A stretch of DNA of 64,000 nucleotides. It comes from Deltaproteobacteria bacterium (lineage in GTDB: Bacteria; SAR324; NAC60-12). Below are positions 1-9,798 of this stretch, piece after piece (within the stretch, counting starts at the first letter, position 1; every line of letters starts with the position of its first letter). A model generated the notes under the pieces. It saw nothing but the letters and a program-made list of their open reading frames with translations. It was not told where the DNA came from and searched no databases. The position numbers and the translations under genes were made by a program. The DNA is taken from NCBI GenBank assembly GCA_038150265.1, contig JAYOTF010000008.1, positions 1 through 64,000 of the forward strand. The letters are read 5' to 3'.

Positions 1-205
1 TTGAGCGAATTCAGTCACACGACACAGAAGTGACCCCCCGAAAAGTCAATGTGAGCTCGCGTTGGGCGGGACCTGCTGGAGAAGTGGACGCGGTCAGTGA
101 GGAACTCTACTGAGCCCTGCGGCGAGGTCCTTCGTGCCTGTCGCGACTTCCGGGGGGCAGGGACACCATCGTTTCAGGCGAGCTGGAAGCGGCAGCAGGC
201 GGAAG

Positions 206-598
206 TCAGGGGGCGCGCAGGAGCCAGATGCCGAAGCCGCAGGCGAGGAGGGAGAGGATCAGGTTGAGGGAAACATTGAGGACGGCTCGTCCCCAGGCAC
301 CATCGAGCGCCAGCAGCCACGTCTCGAGGCTGAAGGTGGAGAAGGTGGTAAAGGCGCCCATGAAGCCGGTGGTGAGCAGGAGCTGAACCTCTGGACGAAG
401 CTCGAGTCGCTCGCGGAAGGTCCATGCCAGTGCGCCCAACAGGAAGGAGCCCAAGACGTTGACGGCCAGTGTTCCGTATGGAAGCGTGCTCCCAAGCCAC
501 TGGTTGACGGCGCGGGTCGCGAGGTACCGGGAGACCGCGCCTCCAGCTCCTCCGAGGGCCACAGCGAGGAGGGGGCTCCAGCCTGACAGAGCAGCCAT
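206..598 (-). CDS. crcB: Fluoride efflux channel Fluc/CrcB
   Basis: 130 aa with 4 hydrophobic segments and the Fluc motifs GGAGGAVSRY, GTLAVNVLGSFLLG and TTGFMGAFTTFSTFS. The start overlaps the stop of the upstream kinase at 598. Confidence 0.95.
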   Translation of the reverse strand: MAALSGWSPLLAVALGGAGGAVSRYLATRAVNQWLGSTLPYGTLAVNVLGSFLLGALAWTFRERLELRPEVQLLLTTGFMGAFTTFSTFSLETWLLALDGAWGRAVLNVSLNLILSLLACGFGIWLLRAP

Positions 599-2058
599 CA
601 GGCCTCCACCGACTCAATGGCGGTGGGATCCACCGGGAGGAAGACCTTGAAGGTCGTTCCACCACCGCTTCGGTTGCTAACAGAGATGTGCCCCCGGTGC
701 TGCTTGATGAGCGCATGGGTGATGGAGAGGCCCAGCCCGGTTCCCTTCCCGGCCGGCTTGGTGGTAAAGAAGGACTCGAAGATCTGGTTCTGCACCTCAA
801 TGGGAATGCCGGTTCCGGTATCGTGCACCTGCACCCAAACCCCATTTTCTCCCGCCAAGGTCCGAAGCGTGAGGGTTTTCTCCGGACACGGCTCCATTGC
901 ATCCCGCGCGTTGTTGATGAGGTTCGTGAAGACCTGCTCAAGCTGAATCTCATTGCAGCGGATCTCCGGGAGGTCGGTGGCCAGCTCCAACTGGATGGTG
1001 ACGTCATCCTTGCGGAGCTGAGGCCCCACCATCAGCAGCGTGTTGTCGATGATGGTGTTGATGGAGTGCCGGTTCATGGGCTCATTTTCACTCCGGCGGC
1101 TGTAGTTCCGGATGTGGTTGATGATCGCCGTGCAGCGGTCGACCATCTGCTCAATCGAGTTGAGCTTGGAGGCGGGGTCAAAGGACGTGGGCTTGGTGGC
1201 ATACGTCATCTTCAGCAGCTCCGCATTCATGCGGATGGCCCCCAGTGGGGTTTTGATCTCATGCGCAATCCCTGACGCCAGCTCGCCAATGGCAGAGAGC
1301 TTGGCCGACTGCACCAGCATGGTCTGGGCGTTTTGCAGCTCCTCATAGGCGCGGCGGAGGTCATCTTCTGTCGCCTTTTGCCGAACCTGCAGCTGCTGAA
1401 GCTCCTGGGTCATCTTGTTGAAGGCGACGGCTGTCTGCTGAAACTCATCTCTTCCGGAAACCGGAATGCGGTGGTTCCAGTCACCGGCGGCAATTCGTCC
1501 GGAGGCCTCCTGCAGCTTGAGGAGGTTCCGGGTGAGGTAGATGCCAAAGAGCAGCGACAGCATGGCGGAGAGGAACAGCTCAAGGGCGGCAATCAGCAGC
1601 GTCTCCTGACGGGCTGTGGCCAGAACCGCTTCAATCTCCTGTGTGGAAAATCCCAGCTCAACGCGGACGATGGTCCGGCCACTTTCCTGGATTTCGGCAA
1701 AGGTGTCGAAAACGCTGTCGGTGAGGGTATCCATGCCGACATCCGCTTGAAACGGGCGGCTCAGCAACGCTGCACTTCCCCCTTCTGCCAGGACCTGCCC
1801 TCCTCCAATCACCCGCGCATAAACCAGCCCCCGGTTCTGCAACACGTCGTCGACAAAGCTTTCGAGTGAGGCGAGGTCATAGGACAGGGTGGCATCCTTG
1901 GTCATGCTGGCAAACAGCTTGGCTGCCGTGTGGCTGGAACGGATCAACTCCTGCTCATGAGAAGTCTTGAGCGAGCTCAGACTGCTCCAGATCAGAATCG
2001 TCAGGGCCATCGCCTCAATGAGCGCGATGCCCAGGATGGTTTTCAGGCGGAAGGACAA
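598..2058 (-). CDS. Membrane sensor histidine kinase (2 TM, periplasmic domain, HAMP, HisKA, HATPase), NtrB-like core
   Basis: H-box GIAHEIKTPL, N-box QVFTNLINNARDAM, G1 DTGTGI, F-box FESFFTTK, G2 GTGLGL. A HAMP-like segment follows TM2. Confidence 0.93.
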   Translation of the reverse strand: MSFRLKTILGIALIEAMALTILIWSSLSSLKTSHEQELIRSSHTAAKLFASMTKDATLSYDLASLESFVDDVLQNRGLVYARVIGGGQVLAEGGSAALLSRPFQADVGMDTLTDSVFDTFAEIQESGRTIVRVELGFSTQEIEAVLATARQETLLIAALELFLSAMLSLLFGIYLTRNLLKLQEASGRIAAGDWNHRIPVSGRDEFQQTAVAFNKMTQELQQLQVRQKATEDDLRRAYEELQNAQTMLVQSAKLSAIGELASGIAHEIKTPLGAIRMNAELLKMTYATKPTSFDPASKLNSIEQMVDRCTAIINHIRNYSRRSENEPMNRHSINTIIDNTLLMVGPQLRKDDVTIQLELATDLPEIRCNEIQLEQVFTNLINNARDAMEPCPEKTLTLRTLAGENGVWVQVHDTGTGIPIEVQNQIFESFFTTKPAGKGTGLGLSITHALIKQHRGHISVSNRSGGGTTFKVFLPVDPTAIESVEA

Positions 2059-2077
2059 GAGCAGTCAGGCGTTGAGG

Positions 2078-2902
2078 TTACTGGAGGTACTTGTCCAGCA
2101 ACGTGATGTTGAGGCTGCGGATGTCATCCCACTGCGCATCCGCTGCGGCTTCGAGTCCATTCTTGAATCCCAGGGTGTCGAGCAGGGCCCGGCCCTCGGG
2201 ATTCTGGTGCATGGCCACCATGGCGGCCTGGAGGCGCTGCACGTCGTCGTTGGCCATGCCCGGACGGAAGGCAAACGCGTGCGGGGTGTACTGGCGCGTC
2301 TCCCACAGCACCCGGAGCTCAGACTGAATGTCGTCTGGCATGTTCCGGAAGGTCCGGAGGATCCCTCCTCCTGCAGGAAACAGCCCCTTGGCCACCGCTT
2401 TGTAAACGGAATCGTGTGAAGACACATACTGGGGCTGAAAGTCGATGCCCATCTGTGTCAGGTTGGCCCGTGGAAGGACGCTTGCGGCAAAGGCGCCGGG
2501 TGACGGAAACGCCAGGGTGGTGCCGTTGAGCGCCGAGAGGTCCTGAACCTCGGAGTCCTTGCGGACCACAATCAGGCCGGTGATGGACTTGTTCCGCTCC
2601 TTGGCAAAGGCACGGTATCCCGGTTTCTCGGAGAACACCACATAGTGGTAGGGGTTCATGTAGGCCAGGTCGTACTCCTGTGCAAAGACCCGGTCTTCAA
2701 AGGTGGGAATGTCCTTGGCCGTCTGAAACTGAAGCTTGAGGCCCGTCTGGGCTTCCAGGTACTGCAGAACCGGAATCCACACCCGTGCCAACACGCTGGC
2801 AGACTGCTGGGGGACAATGCCAACGCGGTAGGGGTGATTGTCCGCGAAGAGGGGCATGCTGAGAAACCAGAGGCTTCCCAGCAGGAGGAACCATTTTTTC
2901 AT
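2078..2902 (-). CDS. PhnD/phosphate-phosphonate-type periplasmic substrate-binding protein
   Basis: Signal peptide MKKWFLLLGSLWFLSMPLFA (start moved to ATG 2902). Motifs GIVPQQS, DLAYMNPYHYV, LAFPSPGAFAAS and SSHDSV. Confidence 0.85.
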   Translation of the reverse strand: MKKWFLLLGSLWFLSMPLFADNHPYRVGIVPQQSASVLARVWIPVLQYLEAQTGLKLQFQTAKDIPTFEDRVFAQEYDLAYMNPYHYVVFSEKPGYRAFAKERNKSITGLIVVRKDSEVQDLSALNGTTLAFPSPGAFAASVLPRANLTQMGIDFQPQYVSSHDSVYKAVAKGLFPAGGGILRTFRNMPDDIQSELRVLWETRQYTPHAFAFRPGMANDDVQRLQAAMVAMHQNPEGRALLDTLGFKNGLEAAADAQWDDIRSLNITLLDKYLQ

Positions 2903-3063
2903 CACAGGGGAGTTTGAAAGAGTCGTTGAGTGAGGTGCCGTGAGGAGACCCCGGAGGGTCTGCCACGGGCTTCTTGCCTTACCTGATGGCAAAGGTGCTT
3001 ATTCTGATGGGGCTTGCAGAAAGTCACAAGCAAACAACGACGTGTGGCGCACTTTCAGCGGGG

Positions 3064-4590
3064 TCACTCAGCGTGGGTCAGCGAGGCACCCAGTTGCGCC
3101 CGGCGCTGCAGCCACAGGCTGGGGCGATAACGCGGGTCAAGGGTTCGGGCATGCAGGGCCTCCAGCACCTCCAGCACCTGTCGGGCGCCCAGCTGGTCTC
3201 CCCAGCTCAGGGGCCCGAGGGGGTAGCCGAGTCCACGCTGGACAGCGAGGTCGATGTCTTCCGGAGTGGCAATGCGTTGCTGCGCGAGTTCACAGGCCGT
3301 GTTGATGACCGTGGCAAGGATGCGGGGCGCCAGGAAGCCCGGGCTGTCTCGGATGAAGACGACCTCACGCTCCGGAGTCGTGAAGGCGGCTTCTGCTCGG
3401 GCCCGGAACTTCGGAGCCAGCAACGGGTTGCTCATCAGGGTGCAGCAGGTGTGCAGCGGCAGCAGCGTCTCCACCGCGACCGTCTGGGCCGGGTTCAGGC
3501 CTTCCTCCAGCAGCGCGGCTGTGGCGTCCGGACCCAATGGGGTGATCAGGCAAAGCGTTTCCGGCGTGCGTTCCGGGACCGGCTCGAGTCCGGAAGCCAC
3601 CAGCGCCTCCCGAACCCGCTGGGCGCGTTCCGGATACCGGGGGCTCACCCAGACGGGACCGACTTCAGGACGCGTCTTCAGGGCCGGGAAGGTGCGCGTT
3701 TCCGGAACCCGCTGCTGACCGTTTTCGTAGGTGTAGAAGCCCGCGTGGGTCTTCCGGCCCAGCAGTCCGGCTGCATGCCGACGCGCCACCTCCGGCGTGG
3801 GACGGAAGCGGGGTTCCTGAAAGAACTGCTCGTAAATCTGCACCATGACGGGGTAGGACACATCCAGCCCCGTGAGGTCCAGCAGCTCGCAGGGCCCCAT
3901 CCGGAAGCCGGCCCCCTGGCGCATCACCTGGTCGATTTCGTGGGGCAGCGCGACGCCTTCCTGAAGAATCCGGAGGCCTTCGGTGGTGAAGCCGCGGCCC
4001 GCGTGGTTGATGAGGAAGCCGGGGGAGTCGGACGCCTGAACCGGCGTGTGGCCGAAGCACCGGGCCAAGGTGGCCAGCTGGTCCAGCACCTCGGGAGCGG
4101 TGCGCTGTCCGCCAATGACTTCCACGACCTTCATCAGGGGGACGGGATTGAAGAAGTGGTACCCGGCAACCCGCTCCGGACGCTGGCACCCGGCTGCAAT
4201 CTGCGTCACCGAAAGCGAGCTGGTGTTGGTGGCCAGTACGCAGGTGTCGGCCACCAGGGCTTCCAGCTGAGCAAAGAGCTGCTGCTTGAGCGTCAGGTCC
4301 TCAAGGACGGCCTCCACGATGAGGTCACAGCCTCGCAGGGCCTCCAGGTCTGGAGCCGGCTGGAGGCGTTCGAGGGTCCGGGAGGCTTCTTCCACCGTCA
4401 GCTTCCCCTTGGTGACGGCTCGTTTCAGCATCTGCTCGATGAAGTCCCGGGCCTCAGCGACCTGCGGCGCGTGCGCATCAAAGAGGTGGACGGTGGCACC
4501 GGCTTGCGCCATCACCTGCGCAATGCCACGTCCCATGGCACCAGCCCCAACGAGGCCGACGTGTGAAAAAGGAAGCGAGGAAGCAGTCAT
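3064..4590 (-). CDS. paaH: 3-hydroxyacyl-CoA dehydrogenase (PaaH-like, duplicated C-terminal domain)
   Basis: Rossmann GAGAMGRGIA, ATNTSSLS, GYHFFNPVPLMKVVEV and two DSPGF repeats. Confidence 0.88.
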   Translation of the reverse strand: MTASSLPFSHVGLVGAGAMGRGIAQVMAQAGATVHLFDAHAPQVAEARDFIEQMLKRAVTKGKLTVEEASRTLERLQPAPDLEALRGCDLIVEAVLEDLTLKQQLFAQLEALVADTCVLATNTSSLSVTQIAAGCQRPERVAGYHFFNPVPLMKVVEVIGGQRTAPEVLDQLATLARCFGHTPVQASDSPGFLINHAGRGFTTEGLRILQEGVALPHEIDQVMRQGAGFRMGPCELLDLTGLDVSYPVMVQIYEQFFQEPRFRPTPEVARRHAAGLLGRKTHAGFYTYENGQQRVPETRTFPALKTRPEVGPVWVSPRYPERAQRVREALVASGLEPVPERTPETLCLITPLGPDATAALLEEGLNPAQTVAVETLLPLHTCCTLMSNPLLAPKFRARAEAAFTTPEREVVFIRDSPGFLAPRILATVINTACELAQQRIATPEDIDLAVQRGLGYPLGPLSWGDQLGARQVLEVLEALHARTLDPRYRPSLWLQRRAQLGASLTHAE

Positions 4591-4608
4591 GGGGGCGTGA
4601 AGTCGGGT

Positions 4609-5433
4609 TTAGCGCCAGTACCGCAGCTTGCGCAGCACCTTGGTGTCAGCCATAAACGGATTGGGGAAGGCGTCGGGCTCCGGAAAGGCGGCCCCGATGG
4701 GCAGGGTTTGGACCTTGCGGTTCCAGACTTCAATCATCAGGACCTCCAGGTTCAGGACATCGGCCATGTTGTAGGCCAGGAGGGTCTCCAGGATCTTGCG
4801 GTCCTGGGTCCGTTTGTACTTCTGCCAGAGGAGCACCGCGGTGTAGCCATCGACGTCTTCCAGCTCTTCCCCGCGGTTCACCCCAAGCTGCCGCTCAATG
4901 GACTTGAGGCCGCCCTTGTAGCCAAGCTGCTTGAGGGGGTAGCGGAGGTCGATGTGGGCGTGGTTGAGGGGGATGCCGAAGAAGGTCCGGAGGATGGGGA
5001 GGTCAAAGGTCTTTCCATTGAAGGTCACCAGCAGGTCAAACTGCTCAATGTCCCGGGCAAACTCGTGGAGGTTTTCTCCGTTGATGTAGGCCTTGGCTTC
5101 CTTTCCGTTGAAGACGCAAACGGTGGTCACTTCGCAGCGCGGACCGAGCCCAGTGGTTTCAATGTCAAGGTACGCCACGTTTTCATGCAGGGCGCCAAAG
5201 AGTCGCCACGACTCGGCAGAGGGCAGGTGTTCCCAGAAGAAGCGCGTGTTGTGCGCCGTCCAGGCGTCATGGCTCTGCTGCGACCAGTCCCGGACGGTGC
5301 TGCTCAGAGACGGGCCAAAGGGCAGGTCCGAGGCCCCGAGGACGGCTTCATGGCTGAGGAGCCCGGACTTCCAGAGGGTGTATTCGCGCTGTGGGCTGAT
5401 TCCGGGAATGTGAATGAAGGTGTGTTCCAGCAT
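4609..5433 (-). CDS. YprB/RNase H-like DEDD exonuclease
   Basis: AYLDIETTGL, LVTFNGKTFDLP, HIDL, GGLKSIE and YNMADV, plus an N-terminal HhH-like HIPGIS. Confidence 0.85.
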   Translation of the reverse strand: MLEHTFIHIPGISPQREYTLWKSGLLSHEAVLGASDLPFGPSLSSTVRDWSQQSHDAWTAHNTRFFWEHLPSAESWRLFGALHENVAYLDIETTGLGPRCEVTTVCVFNGKEAKAYINGENLHEFARDIEQFDLLVTFNGKTFDLPILRTFFGIPLNHAHIDLRYPLKQLGYKGGLKSIERQLGVNRGEELEDVDGYTAVLLWQKYKRTQDRKILETLLAYNMADVLNLEVLMIEVWNRKVQTLPIGAAFPEPDAFPNPFMADTKVLRKLRYWR

Positions 5434-5485
5434 ACGAGTTGCGGATGTCGAAGTGGCCCCTGTGGTGTGTCGAAGTCTCTGAGAC

Positions 5486-6751
5486 TCAGGTCAGCGCAGC
5501 CGCAGCCGGTGCGGTGGCCGTTTTCTCAGTGGTTTTCTCAGTGTTGGTGGTGGCGGGCTCGGCCAGCATCTCGTCGTGTCCCTCTCCGCCGTCATGCAGC
5601 TCCAGGTGAATGTCAGCGGCGTCAATGTCGTCAATTGACTCGATCACCTGCCGAGCCCGGGCGGCCACCTGCTGGGCCTCGGCGATGCGTAACTCGGCAT
5701 CCATGATCAGGTTCACCTGCACCGTGAGGCGCTGGTTGAGGAAGTGACAGAAGATGTGGGTGACCCCCAGCACTTCCGGAACCTGAGTCAGCACGCGGCG
5801 GAGGTCCTGCTCAATCTCGTTTTGCGGACGCATCATTCGCTGAACCTCCTCTTCAATGTCATCCTCGGCATCCACATGAACAAGGACCTCGTTGACCTCA
5901 GAGATGTCCTCCAGGATCACCCAGCGGACGCGTTCTGCGACCTGATGGGCAGCCGAGACGGTCATCAGGCGGCCGACCTCGACGTGCATGTCCACCAGGA
6001 GGCTCGACCCCATGCGCCGGACCCGGACCTGATGGAAGCTGCAGACGCCTTCCACCTGTTCAATCAGCTGGTGGATGCGTTCCGTCACCTCGCCCTCAAG
6101 CGCCTCGTCGGTCAACTCCCGGACGCTATCGCGCCCGATTTCCCATGCGACCATCACGATCAGTCCGGAAACGAGAAAACCCGCCACGGAGTCGAGGAAG
6201 GGGTACCCGAGCAGGGCGCCTCCGATGCCAGCAAAGGCGGCTACGGACGAGAGGGCATCGGAGCGGTGGTGCCAGGCGTTGGCAATGAGCACCCGGCTGT
6301 TCTGACGCTTCCCGACCACCCATGTGCCCCAAAACAGCGCCTCCTTGACCGCAATCGAGAACGCTGCCAGCCAGAGCGCCAGGGTTCCTGGAACATGCGG
6401 AGCGCTGAGGTTCTCATAAGCATGAAGCCCTGCGCCAATGCCGGTGAGCAGCAGCAGTAGGGCCACCATGAGGGAGCCCAGGGTTTCGAAGCGTCCGTGC
6501 CCATAAGGGTGGTTTTCGTCACGCGGAATCCGTGACATCCGGATCGCCCAGAGGGTGACGCCATCGGAGAGCAGGTCCGAGAAGGAGTGTCCGGCATCAG
6601 CAACCAGCGCAGCAGATCCGGAGAGGGTGCCGCCAATGGCCTTGGCAACGGCCAGGATCAGGTTGCAGACGAGGCCGATCCAGGTGATGCGTCGGGCTTC
6701 CAGGCCCAGCTCCTGGGGGTCAAGGGGTCCGTGGTCGTGTCCGTGTCCCAT
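5486..6751 (-). CDS. Cation diffusion facilitator (FieF/MTP-like) with His-rich N-terminus and duplicated C-terminal domain
   Basis: ADAGHSFSD, HPYGHGRFE and NAWHHRSDALSS metal-site motifs with 6 TM segments. Confidence 0.92.
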   Translation of the reverse strand: MGHGHDHGPLDPQELGLEARRITWIGLVCNLILAVAKAIGGTLSGSAALVADAGHSFSDLLSDGVTLWAIRMSRIPRDENHPYGHGRFETLGSLMVALLLLLTGIGAGLHAYENLSAPHVPGTLALWLAAFSIAVKEALFWGTWVVGKRQNSRVLIANAWHHRSDALSSVAAFAGIGGALLGYPFLDSVAGFLVSGLIVMVAWEIGRDSVRELTDEALEGEVTERIHQLIEQVEGVCSFHQVRVRRMGSSLLVDMHVEVGRLMTVSAAHQVAERVRWVILEDISEVNEVLVHVDAEDDIEEEVQRMMRPQNEIEQDLRRVLTQVPEVLGVTHIFCHFLNQRLTVQVNLIMDAELRIAEAQQVAARARQVIESIDDIDAADIHLELHDGGEGHDEMLAEPATTNTEKTTEKTATAPAAAALT

Positions 6752-6766
6752 GAAATGAAGTGTGGT

Positions 6767-7861
6767 TTATCCGTGGCGCCGCTCAAATTCCTGCATGAAG
6801 GCGGCAAGGGCCTGAGCCCCTTCGAGCGGCATCGCGTTGTACATGGAGGCGCGCGCTCCGCCGACGTCTCGGTGGCCGGCCAGCGCAAACAGACCTTCGG
6901 CGTCCGCATCCCGGAGGAACTGCTGGAGCAATTCATCGGAAGGCAGGTGGAAGGTCACATTCATTAAGGAGCGGTCGGCAGTGGCAGCGACCCCCTGGTA
7001 AAAGGCCGAGCGGTCCAATACGTCGTAGAGGCAGGCGGCCCGTGCCTGCGCTCGCCGCTCCATTTCCGGAATGCCCCCCTCGCTCTTCATCCACTCCAGC
7101 ACCCGCTTGAACACATACACCGCAAAGGTGTTCAGGGTGTTGGGCATGGAGTTCTGGGCGGCAAACAGCTTGTAGTCCAGGAGCTTCGGCGTTTCCGGAA
7201 GGGCGTGGCCCAAGAGGTCTTCCCGAACCAGCACCAGGCACGATCCGGAGGGGCCAAGGTTCTTCTGCAGACCCGCATAGAGGACGCCAAAGCGGTCCCA
7301 GGGCAGAAAGCGAGAGAGCATTTCTGACGTGGCATCTCCCACCAGGGGCTGGTCCCCGGTTTCCGGAAACTGATGCCACTGGGTCCCATAAAGGGTGTTG
7401 TTGGTGGTGAGGTGGACGTAGCTGGACGCCGGATCCAGGTGTTCCGGGTTCCAGTCCGGAATCTTCCGGTACCCCTCGGCTTTTCCGCTCAGCGGCACTT
7501 CAGTGGCTCCGTACCGGCGGGCTTCCTGCTCGGCCAGCTCCCCCCACTTCCCCGTGATCAGGTAGGCCCCCTTGCGGGCCGGTTGCCGGTTCAGCAGGTT
7601 CAGCGGGACGCAGGAGAACTGCATCTGAGCGCCGCCGTGCATGTGCAGCACCCGGAACGTCTCGGGCAGACCGGTGAGCTCCCGGAAGAGCGCTTCAGCC
7701 TCTTCAACCACCTGCACAAAGGGCCTGGAGCGGTGACTGATTTCAATGACGGAGGCGCCCAGGTTGTTGAAGTTCAGGAACTCCTGCTGGACCTGCTCCA
7801 TGACCGGAATCGGCAGCATGGCTGGGCCAGCACTGAAATTGTAGACGCGAGGGGTGGTCAT
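6767..7861 (-). CDS. serC: Phosphoserine aminotransferase
   Basis: YNFSAGPA, EISHRS, PLP-lysine motif QKNLGPSG and GHRDVGGARASMYNA. Start moved to ATG 7861. Confidence 0.96.
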   Translation of the reverse strand: MTTPRVYNFSAGPAMLPIPVMEQVQQEFLNFNNLGASVIEISHRSRPFVQVVEEAEALFRELTGLPETFRVLHMHGGAQMQFSCVPLNLLNRQPARKGAYLITGKWGELAEQEARRYGATEVPLSGKAEGYRKIPDWNPEHLDPASSYVHLTTNNTLYGTQWHQFPETGDQPLVGDATSEMLSRFLPWDRFGVLYAGLQKNLGPSGSCLVLVREDLLGHALPETPKLLDYKLFAAQNSMPNTLNTFAVYVFKRVLEWMKSEGGIPEMERRAQARAACLYDVLDRSAFYQGVAATADRSLMNVTFHLPSDELLQQFLRDADAEGLFALAGHRDVGGARASMYNAMPLEGAQALAAFMQEFERRHG

Positions 7862-8159
7862 AAAATCAAGCACGGAAGAGGCTGAAGGATTCGGAACGTG
7901 GGGTGGAGGCCTTCGGGGCAGAGGCTCCAGGAGGCCACCGCACGGGTTTTCATTCCCTAGTGTACTGAGACTGGAAAGGAACAACAATCTCAAACCCACG
8001 TACAGAGCCCTGGGCGTTTGGACAAAAAAATCCCCCGGATTCGCAGAAAGGAAGCACCGTCGAGCCCCAAAGGTTGCAAGTTTTCAATGAATTGCGCATC
8101 TTGGTTTGTCTTTTTTCCGCTTTTGCGGCACCTGAAAACCCTCAAGAAACAATTCATCT

Positions 8160-9662
8160 GTGTCCAAAAATCAGGTTTGGGGAAGTCACCTCAGTCGTCC
8201 CCCCGCTGAAACCAACGTCCTCTTCTGTGCGGGTCGCGACGTCCGTCCGCTCCCGATGGCTGACGAAGTCCTCATCCCCTATGACCTCTGGACCAACCGG
8301 GCCCACAGCATCATGCTCTACGAGCAGGGGCTGATTCCGCAGTCGGCGCTGCTGGGCATCCTTCAGGGGCTGGATGCCCTGGAGGCCGAACACGCGGCAG
8401 GAACCTTTGTGCTGGATCCCGCCAAGGAAGATGTGCACATCAACGTGGAAGCCTTTGTCACCGCGACCCAGGGGGCTGATGCTGGGGGGCGGATGCACAT
8501 CGGCCGGAGCCGGAACGACCAGACCGCCTGCGACACGCGGCTGTACCTCCGGGACGTGGGACTCCGCCTGCTGCAATCGGTGACCCGCCTGACGGCGGCG
8601 CTGCTGGATCAGGCGGAGCAGCACACCCAGACGGTGATGCCAGGCTTCACCCACTACCAACCGGCGATGATCACCACCTGGGGCCACTGGCTCTGCTCCT
8701 ATGCACAGGGGCTGCTCCGGGACCTGGAACGCCTGCAACTGACCGTCAACCTCGTCAACCGGAACCCACTGGGCGCAGCCGCTTCGTTTGGGACCTCCTG
8801 GCCCCTGGACCGGAACCGGACCAGCGAACTGCTGGCCTTTGATCAGGTGGAGCTGAACACGCTGGACTGCATTACCAGTCGCTGGGAAAACGAGGCGCAG
8901 CTGGCGCAGGCCGCAGCCATGCTGATGAACCGCCTCAGCATTGTGGCACAGGACCTGATTGTGCTCAGCCTGCCGTACTCGGGGATGCTCCGCATCGACG
9001 ATACCTTTGTCACTGGCTCCTCCATCATGCCGCAGAAGAAAAATCCGGACTTTGCGGAGGTCATCAAGTCCAAGGCCTCCCTGACCCATGGCTACCTCAT
9101 CAGCCTCCTCGGCATTCAAAAAGGGGGGCTCAGTGGCTACAACCGAGACACCCAGGCGACCAAGTACCTGATCATGGATCTGGTCCGGGAGTGCGAAGAA
9201 GCACCAGAGCTGCTGACCGGAGTGGTCGATTCCTTGCAGGTTAATTCCGACCAGATGCTCCAGCAGTGCCTGGTCGGGTTCATGAACGCGGTGGATGTCG
9301 CGGACTGGCTCGCCCGCGGGCTGGGGCTTCCCTTCCGGGAGTGCTACAACGTTCTGGCTAATGCGGTGCACCTTTCTGAACCCAGCCCTCAGCTCACTCG
9401 AGCGGCGCTGCAGCAGGCCCTTCAAGAAGCAGGGCACTCCCAAGAGATTCCGGAAGACGAGTTTGCTCGACTCCAAAACCCAGTGACGCTTCTAGCCGAA
9501 CGCCAGCACCTCGGCAGCCCTGCTCCAGAACAGGTTCAGGCCCAGGTGCACACGCTCCGCCAGCAGCTCCAATCCTTTCGAGACGCGAGCCAGGCCCTGC
9601 AGTCGCACATGACTCAGGCCCAGCAGGCTTGCCGAAGTTATCGTGAAACCATTGCCAATTGA
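8160..9662 (+). CDS. argH: Argininosuccinate lyase
   Basis: EDVHINVE, HIGRSRNDQ, MPGFTHYQPA and the fumarase-family signature GSSIMPQKKNPD. Confidence 0.9.
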   Translation: MSKNQVWGSHLSRPPAETNVLFCAGRDVRPLPMADEVLIPYDLWTNRAHSIMLYEQGLIPQSALLGILQGLDALEAEHAAGTFVLDPAKEDVHINVEAFVTATQGADAGGRMHIGRSRNDQTACDTRLYLRDVGLRLLQSVTRLTAALLDQAEQHTQTVMPGFTHYQPAMITTWGHWLCSYAQGLLRDLERLQLTVNLVNRNPLGAAASFGTSWPLDRNRTSELLAFDQVELNTLDCITSRWENEAQLAQAAAMLMNRLSIVAQDLIVLSLPYSGMLRIDDTFVTGSSIMPQKKNPDFAEVIKSKASLTHGYLISLLGIQKGGLSGYNRDTQATKYLIMDLVRECEEAPELLTGVVDSLQVNSDQMLQQCLVGFMNAVDVADWLARGLGLPFRECYNVLANAVHLSEPSPQLTRAALQQALQEAGHSQEIPEDEFARLQNPVTLLAERQHLGSPAPEQVQAQVHTLRQQLQSFRDASQALQSHMTQAQQACRSYRETIAN

Positions 9663-9798
9663 GATAAACTCAAGTAAGGCTCTAGTTGACTCAAATTGTG
9701 TGAGCCCGGTCGATTGCTCTCATCACCGCTCTAACCCTCCGCAATTGAGGCTCAATGGTGCTGACTGCGCCAGCAGCTGACCCCCTTTAGAGGACAAG

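Noticed and set aside
155..180. Minus-strand CGATGGTGTCC resembling the start of a fluoride riboswitch near crcB
   Set aside because: It lies downstream of crcB rather than upstream, and the P1 pairing and 3-prime conserved segment are not present.
4609..5433. DEDD exonuclease (also the EEP nuclease and TerB-like protein) as anti-phage defence genes
   Set aside because: They are scattered among housekeeping genes with no clustering of defence-type partners, so there is no evidence for a defence island.
8080..8160. ARG-box-like AT-rich sequence upstream of argH
   Set aside because: Only half-site matches (TGAAT, ATTCA) without correct palindromic spacing.
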